Assembly (NCBI GenBank): GCA_013812065.1
Contig: JACCUC010000225.1
Location: forward strand, 1-37,677
Origin: Thermoleophilaceae bacterium
Lineage (GTDB): Bacteria > Actinomycetota > Thermoleophilia > Solirubrobacterales > Thermoleophilaceae
Length of the DNA: 37,677 nucleotides
Direction of reading: 5' to 3'
Positions 32,803 through 37,677 of this stretch are shown piece after piece. The notes below the pieces were generated by a model that saw nothing but the letters and a program-made list of their open reading frames with translations, did not search any database and was not told the DNA's origin. How positions within the stretch are numbered: position 1 is the first letter of the stretch; each line of letters starts with the position of its first letter. The position numbers and the translations under genes are program-made.

Positions 32803-34368
32803 ATGCCGCTCAACCTTCGCCGTCCACTCGTCCACGCCACGTTCTTGGCGACCTGCCTGTGCGTGGTCTGGGGAGCGTGGCTCGCAGCCCCGGCCACCGC
32901 AGCTCCGGCACCGGAGCTTCGCTCGCTGGGGCCCGGAGGCTGGACCTGGTTCGCCGACCCCAGAGGCGTCCATCACCGGGGCCGCTTCAGCCGCACCTAC
33001 GTCGGCTGGCTCGATCAGGAGGGCGACGTAAAGATCGCCAGCTACGACCACACGTCAAAGGTGAGGACCACGGCGGTCCTCCACTGGCGGCTGGGTCACG
33101 ACGACCACAACAACCCGTCCCTGCACGTCCGGCCCGACGGGCGGGTGGTGGTCTTCTACTCCGAGCACAACGGCAAGAAGATGTACTACCGCACGTCTCG
33201 CAATCCCGAGGACGTCACCTCCTGGCGCCGCGAGCGCTCCATCCCGACCAACACCCGCAAGGAGTCGACGGGATCGGTCCGGGGCAACACCTACCCGAAC
33301 CCGGTCTGGCTGCGGGCCGAGCGGCGGCTGTGGCTGTTCTGGCGTGGTGGGAGCTCGTGGCCAACGTTCGCCTCGACGGCCAACGGAGGCGGCACCTGGA
33401 CCAGGGCGCGGGACATGATCCGCTCCCCCCACCACCGGCCTTACTTGAAGGCCGCGTCCAACAACAAGGACACGATCCACTTCGCCTTCACCAAGGGCCA
33501 CCCCTCGCGCGGGAACAAGGACATCTACTACGCGCGCTACAAGCGCGGCGCGTTCTACCGTGCGAACGGTCGGCGGATCGGGTCGATGGCGAGCCTCCCG
33601 CTCGAGCTGAACGAGGTCGACAAGGTCCACGGCGGCGGGGCGCGGACCTGGATCCACGACGTCGCCGCCGACTCATCAGGTCGCCCGATCGTCGTGTATG
33701 CCTCCTTCGCCTCCCGGCGTGAGCACTACTACTGGTACGCCCGCTGGACGGGCAGGAGGTGGGTCCGCCACCGGTTCGCCTCGGCCGGCGGCACGATCGC
33801 CGACAACGGCGCCGAGCCGTGGTACTCCGGCGGCATCACGATCGACCAGGAGAACCCGTCGGTGGTCTACCTCTCGCGCGAGGTCAGGGGCATGCACGAG
33901 GTCGAGACCTGGCGCACGTCCAACGGTGGGTCCCGGTGGACCAGGACGCCCGTGACCTCGGGCTCGAGCGTCGAGAACGTTCGGCCGATCTCGCCCCGGG
34001 GACTGCGTACCTTCGGTAGCGACATGTCGGTGCTCTTCATGCGCGGTAACTACCGTCACTATGTCGACTACGAGACCAACATCACCACCCGGCTCCTGAA
34101 CGGCGGCAACCTGCCGCCGGCCTCCGAGGCGAAGGCCGCGGCGAGGACGGGGTCCGCGCCCGGCGTGCTGCAATTCGACGGCTCGCCCGCCTCGGATCCC
34201 GATGGCCGGATCGTCGAGTTCGCCTGGAGCTTCGGCGACGGCACCGGCGACCGGGGCAGGGCGCCCACCCACCGCTACAGCCGGCCGGGCCGCTACTTCC
34301 CCCGGTTGACCGTGACCGACGACAACGGCGACAAGGATGTCTTCGTCGAGGAGGTGGTCGTCAGGTAA
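32803..34368 (+). CDS. Secreted BNR_4-family beta-propeller protein with C-terminal PKD domain
   Basis: Signal peptide (MPLNLRRPLVHATFLATCLCVVWGAWLAAPATA). Blocks: WTWFADPRGV...GHDDHNNPSLHV..DGRVVVFYSEHNG. PKD domain: FDGSPASDPDGRIVEFAWSFGDGT...HRYSRPGRYFPRLTVTDDNG. Confidence 0.65.
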   Translation: MPLNLRRPLVHATFLATCLCVVWGAWLAAPATAAPAPELRSLGPGGWTWFADPRGVHHRGRFSRTYVGWLDQEGDVKIASYDHTSKVRTTAVLHWRLGHDDHNNPSLHVRPDGRVVVFYSEHNGKKMYYRTSRNPEDVTSWRRERSIPTNTRKESTGSVRGNTYPNPVWLRAERRLWLFWRGGSSWPTFASTANGGGTWTRARDMIRSPHHRPYLKAASNNKDTIHFAFTKGHPSRGNKDIYYARYKRGAFYRANGRRIGSMASLPLELNEVDKVHGGGARTWIHDVAADSSGRPIVVYASFASRREHYYWYARWTGRRWVRHRFASAGGTIADNGAEPWYSGGITIDQENPSVVYLSREVRGMHEVETWRTSNGGSRWTRTPVTSGSSVENVRPISPRGLRTFGSDMSVLFMRGNYRHYVDYETNITTRLLNGGNLPPASEAKAAARTGSAPGVLQFDGSPASDPDGRIVEFAWSFGDGTGDRGRAPTHRYSRPGRYFPRLTVTDDNGDKDVFVEEVVVR

Positions 34369-34438
34369 GGCGATCCTCAGCAGACCGAGCAGGCGCAGGC
34401 GCGCCGTCCGCACGCCATCGCGCGACCGGACGGCGTCC

Positions 34439-35677
34439 GTGGGCGAGCGCCTCGGTCAGGTCCGGCTCTGCTGTGTTCAGCTCCATGGGTGTGGTGCGTC
34501 CGCCGGCCGACTCGAAGCTCGCGCGAAGCCAGGCCGCGCGCGCCGGCTCCTCCCCCGTGAGCGATCCGGCCTCCCCATTAGCGTCTCGGACATCGCGTCC
34601 CGATGCATCGCCCACCTCGACCTCGACGCCTTCTACGTGAGCGTCGAGCTCGCGCGCCGTCCCGAGCTGCGCGGTCTGCCGGTGGTCGTCGCCGGGCGCA
34701 GCCCCCGCGCGGTCGTCACGACGGCGAGCTACGAGGCGCGCCGCTTCGGCATCTTCTCGGCGACCCCGGCGGCGCAGGCTCGGCGCCTCTGCCCCGAGGC
34801 TGTCTTCGTCGAGCCCGACTTTCCGGCCTATCGCGACCGGTCACGCGACGTCATGGCGATCGTGGGCGAGGAGATCGATCGCGTCGAGACGGTCGGCCTC
34901 GACGAGGCGTACCTCGACCTGTCCGACCTCGAGCGCCCGGCGACCGCGGCGCGCCGCCTCAAGGCGACCGTCCGCGAGCGAACGGGGCTCGTCTGCTCGA
35001 TCGGGATCGGGCCGAACAAGCTCGTGGCCAAGGTCGCCTCCGACGCCGAGAAGCCCGACGGCTTCGTGGTTCTCTCCGCCCCCGAGGCCCGCAGGCGCTT
35101 CGGTGGCGAGCCGCCAGGACTGCTCCCGGGCATCGGTCCTAAGACGGCCGCGCGCCTCGCGAGCCTCGGGATCGACACCCTCGACCGCCTCGCCGCCGCC
35201 CCCGAGGCCGACCTCTCCGGCTGGTTCGGGCCGCGGCTCGGTCGCGGTATCGGTCGGCTCGCGCGCTTCGAGGACGACCGGGCGCTCGAGCTCGCCAGGA
35301 CCGCCAAGTCCGAGTCGCGGGAGACCACCTTCCACACCGACTTCCGCGGCGTGCCCGCGCTGCTACCCGCCCTCGAGGAGCTCGGTCGCGAGCTGTGCGA
35401 GCGCCTGCGGGCTCAGGGCCGGGCGGGAAGGACGGTGGGCATCAAGGTCCGCCTGGACGATTTCTCCACGCACACGCGCGCGCGGACGCTGCGCGAGGCG
35501 ACGAACGACGCGGTCGTCGTCGGCTCGGTCGCCGGCGAGCTACTGCGGCGCTTCGATCCGCCCCGGCCGGTGCGCCTGCTCGGGGTGAAGGTGGCGGGCC
35601 TCGACGCGAGCGTCGGTGCTCGGACTCAGCCGGGGCGTGGCCGCAGCGACCAGCTCACGCTCGGCGAGCTCGGTTAG
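34439..35677 (+). CDS. dinB: DNA polymerase IV (DinB, Y-family); start uncertain
   Basis: IAHLDLDAFYVSVE...LRGLPVVVAG...ASYEARRFGI...DEAYLDL...SIGIGPNKLVAKVASD..KPDG. No ATG, GTG or TTG lies in frame near the conserved N-terminus (~34606). The nearest in-frame candidate is GTG 34439. Confidence 0.75.
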   Translation: MGERLGQVRLCCVQLHGCGASAGRLEARAKPGRARRLLPRERSGLPISVSDIASRCIAHLDLDAFYVSVELARRPELRGLPVVVAGRSPRAVVTTASYEARRFGIFSATPAAQARRLCPEAVFVEPDFPAYRDRSRDVMAIVGEEIDRVETVGLDEAYLDLSDLERPATAARRLKATVRERTGLVCSIGIGPNKLVAKVASDAEKPDGFVVLSAPEARRRFGGEPPGLLPGIGPKTAARLASLGIDTLDRLAAAPEADLSGWFGPRLGRGIGRLARFEDDRALELARTAKSESRETTFHTDFRGVPALLPALEELGRELCERLRAQGRAGRTVGIKVRLDDFSTHTRARTLREATNDAVVVGSVAGELLRRFDPPRPVRLLGVKVAGLDASVGARTQPGRGRSDQLTLGELG

Positions 35678-35697
35678 CCTCGGGTGCCGCTTCTGAG

Positions 35698-36561
35698 TCA
35701 GCCGCCGGCGACCCGTTCGAGCCGCTCGGCGAGCCGCCTCATGCCGAGCTCCGCGGCCGCTCGCGCGGCCCCGCGGTAGTCGGTCTCACGGTCCGGGGGA
35801 AGATCGAGCGCGATGTCGCGCAGCGTCGCTACCTCCTTGAACGCGATCAACCGATCGCGCCCGTCGAGCAGCGCGGTGCGGACGCTCGCGCGCGCCTCCC
35901 CCAGCGCTCCGTCGAGCGTCGCCTCGAGCGACCCGTAGCGCTGGAGCAGGGCGGCCGCCGTCTTCTCGCCGATGCCCTTGGCCCCCGGGATGCCGTCGGC
36001 GGGGTCGCCGCGCAGGGCGATGAAGTCGGGTACGAGGCGGGGCGGTACGCCGTAGCGGCGCTCGACCTCAGCCGCGTCGACGACCTCGGCGCCCTCGCGT
36101 CCGGTGCGCACGTAGAGCACGCTCACCCGCTCGCCGGCGCACTGGTACAGGTCGCGGTCGCCGGTCATGATCAGCGCCCGCCCGCCGGCCGCCGACTCGC
36201 GGCGCGCGAGGGCTCCCAGCAGATCGTCGGCCTCCAGTGAGTCGTGGCCGGCGACCGTCCATCCGAAGGCGCCGAAGAACGCCGGAGCGGCGGCGAACTG
36301 ATCCGCGAGCTTGTCCGGAAGCTCGGGACGGTCGGCGTGGTAGCCACCGAAGAGCTCGACCCGGTAGGCAGCCGCCTCCTGGCCGAAGCAGATCACCACC
36401 GCGCGCGGAGCGTGGGCCTCCACCTCGCGAAGGACGAGGTTCGCCATGCCGAGCAGCGCGTTGACCGGCCGACCGTCCGTGCCCTCGATCGAGTCGGGTA
36501 GCGCGTAAAAGGCGCGAAACAGCATCGAGTCGCCGTCGACGAGCAGCAGCGGTCCGGCCAT
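35698..36561 (-). CDS. 5'-3' exonuclease (FEN/PIN, Pol I N-terminal-domain-like)
   Basis: LLLVDGDSMLFRAFYALP, GGYHADRPE, MTGDRDLYQC, and the H3TH block GIPGAKGIGEKTAAALL. Confidence 0.85.
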   Translation of the reverse strand: MAGPLLLVDGDSMLFRAFYALPDSIEGTDGRPVNALLGMANLVLREVEAHAPRAVVICFGQEAAAYRVELFGGYHADRPELPDKLADQFAAAPAFFGAFGWTVAGHDSLEADDLLGALARRESAAGGRALIMTGDRDLYQCAGERVSVLYVRTGREGAEVVDAAEVERRYGVPPRLVPDFIALRGDPADGIPGAKGIGEKTAAALLQRYGSLEATLDGALGEARASVRTALLDGRDRLIAFKEVATLRDIALDLPPDRETDYRGAARAAAELGMRRLAERLERVAGG

Positions 36562-36580
36562 CCCTCGAAGCTAGACCATT

Positions 36581-36601
36581 GCGGGGGGGCTGAGCCCCCG
36601 C
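36581..36601 (-). terminator. GC stem-loop (GCGGGGG-N7-CCCCCGC) after the membrane-protein gene
   Basis: 7-bp stem read directly, 13 nt downstream of the stop at 36614. There is no U-tract, so the assignment is weak. Confidence 0.35.
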
Positions 36602-36613
36602 GTGCGCTCGGTC

Positions 36614-37462
36614 CTACGGCCGCCGGGGCTGGGGCGGCTCGCCACCGCCCGGCGGGGGCGAAGACGGCTGCTGCTGTCCCGGCGTCGCCGCCGTGCCCGC
36701 TCTCGGTGGCGCCGCCTGCGGGCCGGGCGACTCCGGAGCGATGCCGGGCGACCCAGCCGGGGTGTGCAGTCCGACCGCCCCGGGCGGCGGAGCCACCTCG
36801 CCCTTGACCGCCCGGAGGTTGAAGTAGAGGACCGCGGCGGCGAGGGCGAGGAGCGGGGCGGTGAGCACGCTGCTCACGATGTCGGCGATGACGGCGCCGA
36901 CGCTTCCGAGCGCGCCGCCGATGAGACCGAAGATCAGGCTCACCACGATCAGGACCACGATGAACACGGCGAGTACGCCGAGCACCTGCCACCCGTGGCC
37001 GCGCACGAGCTCACGACTGCGGCTGAACGCCGGCAGGACGCCCGGCCGCTCGAGCACGACGACTGGTGCGACGACCGCCCAGATCGTGAGCAGGAAGAGG
37101 CCGGGGACGATCAGGAGGATGAAGCCGACCCCGATTCCGAGGCCTTGGAGCAGGCTCGCGCCGATCAGGGCCGCGACCACCGGGCTGACCGATGCGAACA
37201 GGTCGCCGACCGAGGTGTCGCGACGCCCGTCCTGGACGTCGCCGACGAGCTGCACGACCATCCCCTGGAAGAAGGCGGTCCCGATCAACTGAGCGATCAC
37301 CGCCAGGATGCCGAGGATCGGTGAGATCGCCACGAGAACGGCGGCGATGACCCCGACTACCACGAAGACCACCAGCGCCGCCGGAAGCAACACGGAGGCC
37401 TGGTCGCGGTAGATGTCGAACACCCCGCGGACCACTCCCCCGACGTCGATCTGCGCATTCAC
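36614..37462 (-). CDS. Polytopic membrane protein with Pro-rich C-terminal tail (hypothetical)
   Basis: I chose the start at GTG 37462 (VNAQIDVGGVVRGVFDIYRD...). There are about six TM helices, then ...PPPGAVGLHTPAGSPGIAPESPGPQAAPP...PPPGGGEPPQPRRP. The upstream part of the track ORF is Arg/Gly-rich and probably not coding. Confidence 0.55.
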   Translation of the reverse strand: MNAQIDVGGVVRGVFDIYRDQASVLLPAALVVFVVVGVIAAVLVAISPILGILAVIAQLIGTAFFQGMVVQLVGDVQDGRRDTSVGDLFASVSPVVAALIGASLLQGLGIGVGFILLIVPGLFLLTIWAVVAPVVVLERPGVLPAFSRSRELVRGHGWQVLGVLAVFIVVLIVVSLIFGLIGGALGSVGAVIADIVSSVLTAPLLALAAAVLYFNLRAVKGEVAPPPGAVGLHTPAGSPGIAPESPGPQAAPPRAGTAATPGQQQPSSPPPGGGEPPQPRRP

Positions 37463-37677
37463 GGGGCGGCACCCTAGAGGATCGGCCGGACGAGGAGTGG
37501 CCCAGCTGTGTACGACGCGCGATCCGCGGCCTGTGGCCGCGGGCGTCGGCCTACCGGCCGGACCCTCTTCCCCCGCGACCCCGGCGCCTGCGCCTCCCAT
37601 CCTGCTCCGAGGGGCCACGGCGCCGATGCCCGCCGGCCTGGCCCGGCTCCCCCGCCGGACGCCGCCCGCCCCCACCG

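Noticed and set aside
28108-33657. Antisense ORFs of 200-400 aa opposite the PhoD-like, aldo/keto reductase, DUF892 and BNR_4 genes (28108-29199, 31053-32264, 31975-33051, 33055-33657).
   Set aside because: They show the same shadow-ORF signature, namely Arg/Gly/Pro/Asp-rich translations with no domains. The sense strands carry recognisable families.
1-37677. A scan for CRISPR arrays, tRNA or rRNA genes, and recognisable phage-defence or toxin-antitoxin modules.
   Set aside because: I saw no regularly spaced direct repeats and no cloverleaf-compatible intergenic segments, since the intergenic regions are short. No ORF has defence, TA or nuclease-NTPase signatures.

Overview
This is a very GC-rich, Actinomycetota-like chromosomal segment; I cannot place it more precisely from sequence alone. 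It has two parts.

(1) Positions ~930-14,900 are an accessory-looking copper/envelope-redox island. It starts with an ISAzo13-family insertion sequence next to a truncated DUF305 gene. A tightly coupled minus-strand operon follows: DUF305, a P-type ATPase 3' remnant, TlpA, an Asp-box propeller, SCO, CcdA, Lgt and a Tat multicopper oxidase. After that come two paralogous small 'LACP-x-MMW' membrane proteins, a SHOCT - BlaI-like repressor - sensor-less BlaR1/M56 protease - TlpA operon, and a divergent copZ - (36-codon sORF) - copA unit.

The most interesting signal is this BlaI/BlaR1-type module sitting inside the copper island. It comes with a recurring intergenic motif, TACTAC[A/G]CTG..TC(G)TAG, found upstream of three island transcription or translation units, including the regulator's own operon.

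(2) Positions ~14,950-37,677 are mostly housekeeping or cell-envelope genes:
- an M23 peptidase behind a clear ydaO-type c-di-AMP riboswitch
- a GT-C-like membrane protein
- a haloalkane dehalogenase
- an M20 peptidase
- a second M23 peptidase and an NlpC/P60 hydrolase
- MsrB and MsrA
- a CE4 deacetylase
- a PhoD-like phosphatase
- a GH3 NagZ-like enzyme
- an aldo/keto reductase
- a BNR_4+PKD protein
- DinB
- a 5'-3' exonuclease

I saw no rRNA, tRNA or CRISPR array. Many long ORFs in the track are wrong-frame or antisense shadows typical of high-GC DNA.
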